Shown here piece after piece: positions 49,217-58,001 of a stretch of 64,000 nucleotides of DNA. Positions within the stretch are counted from its first letter, which is position 1, and each line of letters starts with the position of its first letter. The position numbers and the translations under genes were made by a program. This DNA is from a virus: positions 1 through 64,000 of IMG/VR virus record IMGVR_UViG_3300034200_001099, one strand, 5' to 3'. The notes beneath the pieces are model-generated. The model worked only from the letters and a program-made list of their open reading frames with translations, ran no database searches and was not told where the DNA came from.

Positions 49217-49438
49217 ATGATTATTTCAGAGCAACAAATTAGAAAAATAATTAAAAGAGTGATTTTTGAAGATAGAAAAGAATCTATGTTAGAAAAAATG
49301 AAAAGAAAATTAAAAGGAATATCCGACGATAAATTAATTTATAATATGGAAAATGAATTACCTTGGGATTGGAAAGGATCAAAAGAGGCATACTTTGAAA
49401 AACACGAAGATAGAAAATATTCAAAAGGATCAAACTAA
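49217..49438 (+). CDS. Leader-bearing small protein
   Basis: MIISEQQIRKIIKRVIFE. Confidence 0.65.
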   Translation: MIISEQQIRKIIKRVIFEDRKESMLEKMKRKLKGISDDKLIYNMENELPWDWKGSKEAYFEKHEDRKYSKGSN

Positions 49439-49456
49439 TATGTGTAATAAATAATT

Positions 49457-50047
49457 ATGAAAAACAAACTATTTTTAACCGAATCTGAAAAATCAAGAAT
49501 TAGTGATTTACACAGAATGGCAATTGTTACTGAAGGTAAAAACACTTTAAATGAGGCTAATTTAGTAGACATTCAAAATTTACTAATAAAAAAAGGAATG
49601 TTGGGACAAAAAGTTGCTGACAATAAATTAGGTCCATTAACTTTAAATGCGATCTATTCTGCATTAACACAAACTCAGCCAACACAAACTCAACCAACAG
49701 GGGCTCAAGGAACAGGGACTCAAGAAACAGGGACTCCAGGAACTGGAGCTCAAGTACCACCAACTCAAGGAGCGCCAGTATATTATCCTTGGGTAAAAGA
49801 AGGTGGAAAACCTGTTCAAAACATAATAGATGCTAAAAAAGCCGACCCAAATTTTCAAAATTGGTTAACTGAATTAAAAAAACTCACCACAGAACAATTG
49901 ACCAAAATTCAACAAGACCTTAAAGCGGCTTTTTTAGAATCAGCTATAGGTGTTAAATTGGATAGCACCGAGGCATATCAACCATACATGGTTGCACTAC
50001 AAACAATTAGTACTGCAATGGAAATGGTTAAAAAACCTCTGGTTTAA
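49457..50047 (+). CDS. Leader-bearing protein with peptidoglycan-binding-like motif
   Basis: LFLTESEKSRISDLH; IQNLL...DNKLGPLTLNAI; Q/T/G linker repeats. Confidence 0.6.
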   Translation: MKNKLFLTESEKSRISDLHRMAIVTEGKNTLNEANLVDIQNLLIKKGMLGQKVADNKLGPLTLNAIYSALTQTQPTQTQPTGAQGTGTQETGTPGTGAQVPPTQGAPVYYPWVKEGGKPVQNIIDAKKADPNFQNWLTELKKLTTEQLTKIQQDLKAAFLESAIGVKLDSTEAYQPYMVALQTISTAMEMVKKPLV

Positions 50048-50105
50048 ACAACACCAATAACACATGTGTAACCTAAATAGTGGTAATAAATCAAACTTAA
50101 ATAAG

Positions 50106-50131
50106 AACCCTCACTTCGGTGGGGGTTTTTT
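50106..50131 (+). terminator. Rho-independent terminator with UUCG tetraloop
   Basis: aaccctcac-ttcg-gtgggggtt followed by a T run. Confidence 0.85.
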
Positions 50132-50154
50132 ATTTAACAAAGTATTTATCTTAT

Positions 50155-50712
50155 ATGAAAATAGTTATATCTGATAACCAATATAGTCTTTTAAAAGAAT
50201 CAGTTGCCATTAAAAATATTGAGGGAATTAAAAATCATTGGAAAAACCAATTAAAAAAAGGTAAAAAAATTAGATTTGATAAAGAAGACTTAGAATTTTG
50301 GGGTATTACTACCAGACAAGAAAAATTTTATGCTCAAACGGCTTTTCAGGAATTAGTCGGAGATGAGGCGTTTACTGAAAAATTCATTAAAAACTTATTA
50401 AATAAAACATTTTCAACAAAAGATTTTAACGATATAATTAATATTGGTGGTTATGATTTTGAGTGGATAATAACTGAAATGGAATATCGTGATTTTGATT
50501 TCTATTTATATGGAAAAACATTACCGGGAGGAACTGTTACTCTTATGGATGGTAGAAACTTATCTTTAGATGAAGCAACAAATGACGAAGATCTATATTG
50601 GGAAATACAAGAAGAAGTTAATGGTGTTGTTCAAGACTGTATGGACAAAATAATTTTACCTGTTACAGGGTATGAGGTAGAAGTATCATCAATAGTAATA
50701 TCGGAAGAATGA
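50155..50712 (+). CDS. Leader-bearing protein (MKIVISDNQYSLLKE)
   Basis: ATG at 50155, 5 nt after TATTTAT. Confidence 0.7.
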   Translation: MKIVISDNQYSLLKESVAIKNIEGIKNHWKNQLKKGKKIRFDKEDLEFWGITTRQEKFYAQTAFQELVGDEAFTEKFIKNLLNKTFSTKDFNDIINIGGYDFEWIITEMEYRDFDFYLYGKTLPGGTVTLMDGRNLSLDEATNDEDLYWEIQEEVNGVVQDCMDKIILPVTGYEVEVSSIVISEE

Positions 50713-51113
50713 AAATAATAATATCTGAACAACAATATGTAATGTTATCTGAGTCAAAATTAGATCCAATGCAAAATCTTATTAACATGGCTTTTGATGA
50801 GGTAAAAGAAAATTGTGATCGAGGTTTTTATATAAGGTCACACCACAATTACATATGTGACCCAATAGAAATGATTGAAGAAATAAAGGTGGTAGATGTA
50901 TCAAAAACAACGTCTATGGGTTACCTTGAAAAAAAAGAATTATCTCAAATGCACATTACCGTTGATATTCATCTTGAATCTATATATTTATTTTACGATT
51001 TAGATAATTTTATTTATCAGTTACAGGGGGAAGCAAGAAACATATTAGGTGGAAGTATTGTATCTATATCAATAGGAGAAGTAATCAATATAAGAAAAGA
51101 ATTTAACTGGTGA
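50709..51113 (+). CDS. Leader-bearing protein (MKIIISEQQYVMLSE)
   Basis: ATGA-coupled; shared leader. Confidence 0.7.
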   Translation: MKIIISEQQYVMLSESKLDPMQNLINMAFDEVKENCDRGFYIRSHHNYICDPIEMIEEIKVVDVSKTTSMGYLEKKELSQMHITVDIHLESIYLFYDLDNFIYQLQGEARNILGGSIVSISIGEVINIRKEFNW

Positions 51114-51688
51114 TGAAAATTATATTAACTGAAGATCAATATAAGAATCTTTTTGAATCCAATTTTGAAAAAAACAAAAGGTTGGTGGGAAAAATGTGGG
51201 ATGAAGGTATGAACTTGGGTGAGATGTCATCGTTGATTGGTTTAGATGAATCTCAAATAATATTACTTCTTAAAGATAAAAATATAAAAATTGATTGTAA
51301 ATTTGCTGAGGATTTAGTCCTAACTCTTATGTATAGAACTGATTTTATTAATAAAAATTATAATTTCAACAATGGTCAAATGTTTCTAAACTTAAATTGG
51401 GGAGGTTCTAGTGGGTCTGTAGCATTTGAGTTTAATGATAAGGAATATAAGTTAACAGGATGGGCAACACCTTATTGGGGTGGTGATTGTGAAACTCCTG
51501 TTGAGGGTAATTATTTTGAAAATAAAAAAACAGATGAATATGTTAATGAATACGGGAATTCAGATAAAAAAATAGAATACACACCATCAAGTTTTAACTC
51601 AATACAGGAACTTATTGATTTTTTAAATAACGATTACCCTAAACAATTAATCAAACCAATAAAAGAATTGATTGAAGGTTATATTTAA
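51113..51688 (+). CDS. Leader-bearing protein (MKIILTEDQYKNLFE)
   Basis: TGATG-coupled; shared leader. Confidence 0.7.
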   Translation: MKIILTEDQYKNLFESNFEKNKRLVGKMWDEGMNLGEMSSLIGLDESQIILLLKDKNIKIDCKFAEDLVLTLMYRTDFINKNYNFNNGQMFLNLNWGGSSGSVAFEFNDKEYKLTGWATPYWGGDCETPVEGNYFENKKTDEYVNEYGNSDKKIEYTPSSFNSIQELIDFLNNDYPKQLIKPIKELIEGYI

Positions 51689-51693
51689 AATAT

Positions 51694-51990
51694 ATGAAAA
51701 TTATAATAACTGAAGACCAAGTGGCGTTAATAAGAAGGTTAAGTGAGTTAGAAGAAATTCTTGATAAAATTATTAAGGTATTAAATGATGATATAAACGA
51801 TAGTGGTCCGGGTTATAAACCTGATAATTTTGGTGTTTATGAAAGGTGGGTGATGGATAGAGTCAAAAGAGAGTTTAAAAATGATAATCCAAAGATTGAA
51901 TTTCCAAATCACGATTTTATGATGTTAATGTCGGGACAATTTAACAATAAAATTAGAAAAGGTTTTAATAAAGTTAAAAAGAGAAGATGA
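51694..51990 (+). CDS. Leader-bearing protein (MKIIITEDQVALIRRLSE)
   Basis: Shared leader. Confidence 0.7.
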   Translation: MKIIITEDQVALIRRLSELEEILDKIIKVLNDDINDSGPGYKPDNFGVYERWVMDRVKREFKNDNPKIEFPNHDFMMLMSGQFNNKIRKGFNKVKKRR

Positions 51991-52574
51991 AAATAATATT
52001 AACAGAAAGACAACAGAACTTAATAACGGAAAACTTAACAGATGAGAATCTTCGTAAGTTTTGTTATCAAATTTGGAATAAACAAAAAAAGATGGGAGAA
52101 GAGCCTAATCTTGATGATATGATTTATGATATTACGGACATAAAAAAAAATACAAGGGAAGATTACGATACTATTAGACCAATTTGGTATGAATACAATG
52201 GAGGTTATGATAGATTATTTAAAAAACTTAAAGATGAAATTGACACTAAAGAATATAAGTTAGTTGAGGCTGAATTTGATTTGGAAACTAAAATAAAGGT
52301 TGTCCATCTTGACATTGTAGGACATTTTGTTGAAATTATGGTTGATGTTGATCCTCGTGGAACTATAGAATTTCATGGTTGGGATGAAGAAACTGAGGAA
52401 GAATACGTGGTAAACGACACAATAGACGCTGCTTATCATGAGGCGTTACTTAATTATGAAGGTGCCGATTTTCAAGGAATGATTAGAAGTTCAGTATATG
52501 ATTTATTTTATAATTTATTAGAAAAATACGGAATTCCAATTGATGTGGATATTGACTTAAAAGAAATTTATTAA
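51987..52574 (+). CDS. Leader-bearing protein (MKIILTERQQNLITE)
   Basis: ATGA-coupled; shared leader; acidic body. Confidence 0.7.
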   Translation: MKIILTERQQNLITENLTDENLRKFCYQIWNKQKKMGEEPNLDDMIYDITDIKKNTREDYDTIRPIWYEYNGGYDRLFKKLKDEIDTKEYKLVEAEFDLETKIKVVHLDIVGHFVEIMVDVDPRGTIEFHGWDEETEEEYVVNDTIDAAYHEALLNYEGADFQGMIRSSVYDLFYNLLEKYGIPIDVDIDLKEIY

Positions 52575-52586
52575 TACTTTTTAAAT

Positions 52587-52826
52587 ATGGGACCAATCGA
52601 AAAAAAAATTTTAGAATTATCAAAAACAGAAGGACTTTCTGAAGAAACTTTAATGACTTTAACTATTTTGAAAAATCAAATTAGAGATGATGAACGAAGA
52701 CTTGCAAACAATGCATATGAAAAAGGTTTTCACGATAAAGAAATGAATCGAAAACCTACTTGGAATTACTTTGAAAATAATTATAGTAGTTATTTGTCAA
52801 ATATTAAATTTGGCCAGATAAGTTAA
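52587..52826 (+). CDS. Hypothetical protein
   Basis: 79-aa ORF. Confidence 0.6.
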   Translation: MGPIEKKILELSKTEGLSEETLMTLTILKNQIRDDERRLANNAYEKGFHDKEMNRKPTWNYFENNYSSYLSNIKFGQIS

Positions 52827-52844
52827 TTTTTGTATCTTTGTGAT

Positions 52845-53129
52845 ATGGAAGACTTAACTAAACTTGAATTACCCGAAATTAAAATTCTTTGTAAACAATA
52901 CGGAATAGGTATTGTTGGAGATCAAAAATCTTTAATCAAAAAACTCAAATATTTCTTAGAACCTATTGGAGATGTATTAAACACGCATCCTGGAAGAAAA
53001 TTAGCCAATGGTAAAAAAATTGTTGGAGTTAAAGTTAACAACCAAGAAGAAATTAATTCTATTAATAAGAAAAAGGGTCAATTTTTATATTATTCTTTGG
53101 GTTATCACTATTATATTGTGACAGAATAA
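52845..53129 (+). CDS. Hypothetical protein with SAP/HeH-like N-terminus, probably leaderless
   Basis: TATCTTTG at 52833-40 then ATG 4 nt later; L..L...EIK.LCK..GI...G....LIK.L. Confidence 0.6.
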   Translation: MEDLTKLELPEIKILCKQYGIGIVGDQKSLIKKLKYFLEPIGDVLNTHPGRKLANGKKIVGVKVNNQEEINSINKKKGQFLYYSLGYHYYIVTE

Positions 53130-53161
53130 TAAAACCATGATATTTATTAAATAAAATTGAT

Positions 53162-53698
53162 ATGAGAAAACAAATACTTGAAGAACTAAAAGAGATGAGG
53201 TATCTTTTTAATTACGATAGAGGAAAAATTATTTCTGAACAAAATCAAAACCTTAATGAAATGATTGATTTAGAAAAAGGGTCTTTTGGTTATGAAGATA
53301 TGGATGATGGTAGTGAAAAGTTTCCTTCATTTAGTCCTAATGGTGATATGGATACAGGTGAAGATTTAGCACCTTCTTTTGATTCAGATGGTAATTTTTT
53401 AGGTATGGTAAAACCTAATCGAGATGGTATGGAAGGTGATGAGGATGAATTAGAAGAAGACGCTTTTGGTGGTGATTATAAAGATGATTTAGAAGAAGAA
53501 ATTGATTTTGATGTTCCTACTATGATGCCAGGGACAAAAGAAAAAGAAAGGACAATTACAAAACCTGGAACCAAACCCGATAAGGACTCACCATACAAAC
53601 CTAAACCTGGACCAAAGAAAAACCCAAAAGCTAAAAAAGGTGATATGCCTGATTGGTTAAGTTTTGATGAACTTGGAATTAATCTTAAGCAAAAATGA
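53162..53698 (+). CDS. Acidic/Pro-Lys-rich putative internal head protein
   Basis: TATTTAT at 53141; ILEE..EM.YLF.Y..GKIISEQ; D/E-rich then KPG repeats. Confidence 0.55.
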   Translation: MRKQILEELKEMRYLFNYDRGKIISEQNQNLNEMIDLEKGSFGYEDMDDGSEKFPSFSPNGDMDTGEDLAPSFDSDGNFLGMVKPNRDGMEGDEDELEEDAFGGDYKDDLEEEIDFDVPTMMPGTKEKERTITKPGTKPDKDSPYKPKPGPKKNPKAKKGDMPDWLSFDELGINLKQK

Positions 53699-54945
53699 GA
53701 AATATTAAAAAAAGACTATATACAGAAGTAATCTCAAAAAAAAATTTATTAAGGATTATGGAAGCTCCTATTGACTACGAAGGACCTGAAAGAATGGCTG
53801 GAGATGTTGAGAGAAAAATTACGGGAAGAGAAACCCCATATCATAATTTTCCTGCAATTCCAAATATGGATAGAGACTTTATTGAGTTAATATCTTCAAA
53901 AAGATTCAAGGACTCAGTTGATAAAGTTAGAACGGCAATGGGAGATACAAGAACTATTCAAGGGGGAAACGCTCTTATGCAATTGCTGGGAACTGTGGGT
54001 CAAGCAATGCAAAAACTTGTTATGATTCAAATGAAAAACAAAAAACAACTTGAAGACCTTGCAATTGATCTTGTTAAAAACGAATTAGGAATTCCTGAAG
54101 GAGCAATGCAATTCAAAGCCGAACTTGTGTCAAGTACTATGGGAGCAGCAGAAGGGATGCAAAGTGAGCCTGAAATGCCAAGTGAAGAAGAGGTTGAAGA
54201 ATTAATGGGAGATATGGAAAACTTTAATTTGGAAAGAGAAAAAAGAAGATTCATTAATTCACTTATTCAAGGTGCAGCTTTTAAAGGAGGACATATGTAT
54301 AATCTTGTTAAAAATGAGATCAATGACATTAATCCACAACTTATGAACCTATACGCTGTGACACAATCTTTAATGGAACATGCATATTGGATATTCCCTG
54401 ACATGGAAGGAATGGCTGGCGGTGGCGGTGGTCAAATGGGCCAATCTGAAGTTGATGAAAAAACAGACCCACCAACAGTTAAAGCTAAGGCGGTTACATT
54501 CCCATTATTAGTTCATGAATTGGTAAAGGGAGTATATGAGATTTTTGGATCACACGGATTACCTGACGACCCAAGACAACAAGAAATGATATTAAACGCT
54601 GAAGATACTTTACCTTCAGAAATTTGGGACTCAAGGTTAGGTCCTATTTTTTGGGAAAAGTTTATGGCATCATATCCTATGGAGTTGTTTGATGAAGACA
54701 AAAAACATATACAGCATTATTTGTTTATGCGATTCTCGGCATTAAATGCGGAAGAGTTCATGAAGGTATCAAAAATGATTTTAAAAGGAGATCCATTAGG
54801 TCAACAATTTATTCAAGGAATGGTCAATGAGATTGTTAAAGATCTAAAAGATAAAGACTATAAAGATGCTATGGGTTATGATGATGAAGATGATGAAGAT
54901 AATGATGATTTGAGTGGGGTTGACTTTAGTGATTTGGGACTTTAA
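53695..54945 (+). CDS. Hypothetical protein (416 aa)
   Basis: Long coupled ORF; KRRFINSLIQG and FPLLVHELVKG motifs. Confidence 0.65.
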   Translation: MRNIKKRLYTEVISKKNLLRIMEAPIDYEGPERMAGDVERKITGRETPYHNFPAIPNMDRDFIELISSKRFKDSVDKVRTAMGDTRTIQGGNALMQLLGTVGQAMQKLVMIQMKNKKQLEDLAIDLVKNELGIPEGAMQFKAELVSSTMGAAEGMQSEPEMPSEEEVEELMGDMENFNLEREKRRFINSLIQGAAFKGGHMYNLVKNEINDINPQLMNLYAVTQSLMEHAYWIFPDMEGMAGGGGGQMGQSEVDEKTDPPTVKAKAVTFPLLVHELVKGVYEIFGSHGLPDDPRQQEMILNAEDTLPSEIWDSRLGPIFWEKFMASYPMELFDEDKKHIQHYLFMRFSALNAEEFMKVSKMILKGDPLGQQFIQGMVNEIVKDLKDKDYKDAMGYDDEDDEDNDDLSGVDFSDLGL

Positions 54946-54963
54946 TAAGTCCCATTTTTTTTT
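54935..54963 (+). terminator. Rho-independent terminator
   Basis: tgggact-ttaata-agtccca followed by T9. Confidence 0.8.
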
Positions 54964-55004
54964 ATAAGGAATTTTTTTCCTATAATTATTAAAAATGTTA
55001 AGTT

Positions 55005-55301
55005 ATGAAAAATATTGATTGTGAAATTTACATAAAACAACTTATTACTTTTTTTGAAAAAAATCCAGGTGATTTAATGACACTAATAGGGGATGTTCAA
55101 AAAGAAGAGTTTTATAAAAAGTTAAGGGAAAAATGTGAAAAAAATGTTGATGATGGAATTGACCATAGTTTAAATAAACAACAAATTATTGATATTGTTA
55201 TGGAATTAAAAATTCCTGAACTATTTGAAAAACCAAATCCTAAGTTAGTTGTGGAAGGATATGTTCAAAAAACAAAATGGGGTAAAATAATTTTAAATTA
55301 A
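55005..55301 (+). CDS. Hypothetical protein
   Basis: 98-aa ORF. Confidence 0.6.
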   Translation: MKNIDCEIYIKQLITFFEKNPGDLMTLIGDVQKEEFYKKLREKCEKNVDDGIDHSLNKQQIIDIVMELKIPELFEKPNPKLVVEGYVQKTKWGKIILN

Positions 55302-55315
55302 TTCTTTAAAAAAGT

Positions 55316-55345
55316 TTTGTATTTAATAAAAAACGCATATCTTTG
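55316..55345 (+). promoter_or_regulatory. Bacteroidota-type promoter TTTG...TATCTTTG
   Basis: -33 TTTG at 55316-19 and -7 TAnnTTTG at 55338-45. Confidence 0.65.
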
Positions 55346-55368
55346 TAATGTGATAAACGAGAAACAAA

Positions 55369-55491
55369 ATGAAAACAATAGAACTTACTATGAATGAGAT
55401 ATGGATGGCGACTAGACCAACCATTCAAAAAAGTAAGAAATCCTATACTCGTAAAACCAAACACAAAAACAAAGAAAATTATAAACTATGA
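55369..55491 (+). CDS. Small basic ArfA-like peptide (40 aa; not in ORF track)
   Basis: MKTIELTMNEIWMATRPTIQKSKKSYTRKTKHKNKENYKL; ATGA overlap with the next gene. Confidence 0.6.
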   Translation: MKTIELTMNEIWMATRPTIQKSKKSYTRKTKHKNKENYKL

Positions 55492-56246
55492 TATACACAC
55501 CAGAATTAATCAAATCAATTGCCCCGGCAGTATTTGCAACATCACCATCTCCCAAAATGACGAACAAGTATGAGTTCGTTCCAACCAACGAGGTAATGGA
55601 TATGTTCGACCGCGAAGGATGGCAATTATCGTCAGTAAAACAATCAGGTCGTGGGATTCACGGAGTCCACGAACTTAAGTATCGCAACGGACAACTACCA
55701 AAAGTTGGGGACACAGTTGTTGAAGCAATCATCCGTAACTCTCACGATGGAACAGCAACATTCTCTATGGGAGCAGGACTATTCCGATTGGTATGTTCAA
55801 ATGGACTTACAGTTCCTACATCAGTGGCAGAACGATTCTCAATTAGACACAACCACTTTTCATTTGACGATGTTAGAGCTTTGGCCGAGGACTTCTCTAA
55901 GAAACTCCCAAGAATTGAAGAGTCTGTTACTCGAATGATGGAAAAGGAGTTAACTGAAAAAGAAAAACTTCGTTTAATAAAAGAAGCTCTTAAGATTCGT
56001 TGGACTGTTGGAAATAGTCCTGAATCAATTGACATTACAGACCTTCTAACACCGTTTAGACCTGAGGATGAGGGAAGTGATCTTTGGACAGTGTTTAACG
56101 TGATTCAAGAGAAGATGACTAAAGGTGGATTCACTTACAAAACACCAAGAGGACGACAAACAACTCTTCGTGGTATTAAGAGTATCCAAGCGACAAATCG
56201 TTTAAACACTAAACTTTGGGAAGCGGCAGAATTAATGTTGGTTTAA
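55488..56246 (+). CDS. DUF932/DUF945 family protein
   Basis: APAVFA, Y.FVPT, NSHDG....GLFRLVCSNGL and DLWTVFNVIQE. Confidence 0.85.
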   Translation: MIYTPELIKSIAPAVFATSPSPKMTNKYEFVPTNEVMDMFDREGWQLSSVKQSGRGIHGVHELKYRNGQLPKVGDTVVEAIIRNSHDGTATFSMGAGLFRLVCSNGLTVPTSVAERFSIRHNHFSFDDVRALAEDFSKKLPRIEESVTRMMEKELTEKEKLRLIKEALKIRWTVGNSPESIDITDLLTPFRPEDEGSDLWTVFNVIQEKMTKGGFTYKTPRGRQTTLRGIKSIQATNRLNTKLWEAAELMLV

Positions 56247-56253
56247 AAACTAT

Positions 56254-56276
56254 GGGGACATTAAAGTCCCCTTTTT
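56254..56276 (+). terminator. Rho-independent terminator
   Basis: ggggac-attaaa-gtcccc-ttttt. Confidence 0.8.
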
Positions 56277-56281
56277 GTATT

Positions 56282-56620
56282 ATGGAAAAATTTAAACACG
56301 AAGAAAGATTTTTAGAAAATATATTTAAAACAAATGAAAATTTATTTTCAATTATGGAATTATCTGAAGGTCATGGATTGTCCCCAAATGAGTTGAAATC
56401 AAAAACAAAGTTCACAGAGTTTTTTTCTGATTCCATACAATATTTAGATGGAACAACTAATTTAGATTCCATTTATATGTTTGATAGTGACATTTACATA
56501 TATTTATCTAAAAGTGATCCAACAATCTCTTCTTTTTCTTGTAAAATTTATTATCCTATAAGAAAGAAAAAAGATGTTGAGTTTTTTATATTAAACTTAA
56601 AAAAATTAAAGAAAAATTAA
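56282..56620 (+). CDS. Hypothetical protein
   Basis: Likely start MEKFKHEE after the terminator. Confidence 0.55.
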   Translation: MEKFKHEERFLENIFKTNENLFSIMELSEGHGLSPNELKSKTKFTEFFSDSIQYLDGTTNLDSIYMFDSDIYIYLSKSDPTISSFSCKIYYPIRKKKDVEFFILNLKKLKKN

Positions 56621-56629
56621 AAAAAAATT

Positions 56630-56947
56630 ATGGAAATTAGTGGTATAGATTTAAAAGAAAAAATTAAAAATGGCGAAAAATTAATTGTTGAGTTTTGGGC
56701 TGAGTGGTGTGGACCATGTAAAGTAATGAAACCTATATTTGAAAGAGTTTCAAATAGTAATGAAAATGATGACGTTAAAATGTATACGATGGATATTGAC
56801 CTTAATAAAGAGGCCGCCATTGGATTTGGCATTAGAAGTATTCCTACAATTAAAGTTTTTAATGGTGGATCAGTTATTGGAACCAAAGTTGGGGTGTTAA
56901 ATGAAACATCCATAAAAGATTTAGTAACAGAATTAATAAATGGATAA
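56630..56947 (+). CDS. trxA: Thioredoxin
   Basis: FWAEWCGPCK and IRSIPT. Confidence 0.92.
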   Translation: MEISGIDLKEKIKNGEKLIVEFWAEWCGPCKVMKPIFERVSNSNENDDVKMYTMDIDLNKEAAIGFGIRSIPTIKVFNGGSVIGTKVGVLNETSIKDLVTELING

Positions 56948-57227
56948 GATTGCAGTTATTTTTACAATGAAAGGGTGTCCCCATTGCGTTATTCTTAAAG
57001 AAATGTTAGAAGATGCAAATATTGATTATGTTGATAGAGACATTTATGAATTTGAGGAAGAATATAATATGTTTGTAGAAGCCACAGGAAGTGACTATGT
57101 TCCCGCATTTATGTTAGTTGAAGATTTTGAAAGTGAAAACCCAACAACAGGTTTATTTGCTCCAGATAGAGACTTTCAAGATATTCACGAAGGATTAACA
57201 ATAATCAAAGAGTTTTACGAAAGATAA
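56940..57227 (+). CDS. Glutaredoxin/NrdH-like protein
   Basis: FTMKGCPHC and YVP. Confidence 0.8.
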   Translation: MDKIAVIFTMKGCPHCVILKEMLEDANIDYVDRDIYEFEEEYNMFVEATGSDYVPAFMLVEDFESENPTTGLFAPDRDFQDIHEGLTIIKEFYER

Positions 57228-57228
57228 T

Positions 57229-57258
57229 AAAAGCCCCTCTTAACGGAGGGGTTTTTTT
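57229..57258. terminator. Bidirectional terminator
   Basis: aaaagcccctc-ttaacg-gaggggtttttt between convergent genes. Confidence 0.8.
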
Positions 57259-57952
57259 ATAATAATACCACATCTTTTAGTCGATCTTGAATCAAGTATG
57301 GTTTATTTTTTGTTTGATCAAAAACATCGTGGAAAAACTCGTAATCGGCAAATCTTTCATTAAAGGACTCCAAGTCCATATCAAACACATCTAAAACCAA
57401 ACTCTCAATTTTATCGTTATCGACATATGAATTACAAGATACTTTAATTTTGCGATCCCCATCTTCATTTTCTTCATTAGTATAGTATAAATAAACTTGA
57501 TCTACATTAAGTAATGAATACATATGGTTAAACATATATTGTGAGTAATAAACAATTGATCTACCGCACCCTAAACTATGTCCATATGGAAACTCTGAAC
57601 TACAAGTTAGTTCAGAAATCGGTTCGTCTTCAATGGTGTATACATCCTTATGTGTTGAAATCCATTTATTATCAAAATTATTAATATCTTGATCGTATTT
57701 GATAATATCAATTACGTTTAAATTTTTTCTGTTAACTTCTGTTAACACATCATCAAACCAATTTGAAAAATCAGTTTTTAGTTCATTTAAATCCAACACT
57801 TCTTTACTCGTTGTTTGGCCATTTACGACCACAAAGGTTTCACAATCTGTTACTTGGATTACTGTGTTGTCCTTCTTATCAAATTTAGAAAGGATGTAGT
57901 CGGCAAATAGATTCACAAAGTATCTTCGTGTGTTTTTTTCTAATTTTCTCAT
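57257..57952 (-). CDS. Hypothetical protein, possibly a degenerate MetK-fold protein
   Basis: N..ADYIL....V....FVVVNGQTT....D weakly recalls the MetK N-domain; catalytic motifs are absent. Confidence 0.4.
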   Translation of the reverse strand: MRKLEKNTRRYFVNLFADYILSKFDKKDNTVIQVTDCETFVVVNGQTTSKEVLDLNELKTDFSNWFDDVLTEVNRKNLNVIDIIKYDQDINNFDNKWISTHKDVYTIEDEPISELTCSSEFPYGHSLGCGRSIVYYSQYMFNHMYSLLNVDQVYLYYTNEENEDGDRKIKVSCNSYVDNDKIESLVLDVFDMDLESFNERFADYEFFHDVFDQTKNKPYLIQDRLKDVVLL

Positions 57953-58001
57953 ATTTTTTATTTTTATAATTAATATGAGTTTTATTTGGATTTATAAATA
58001 G

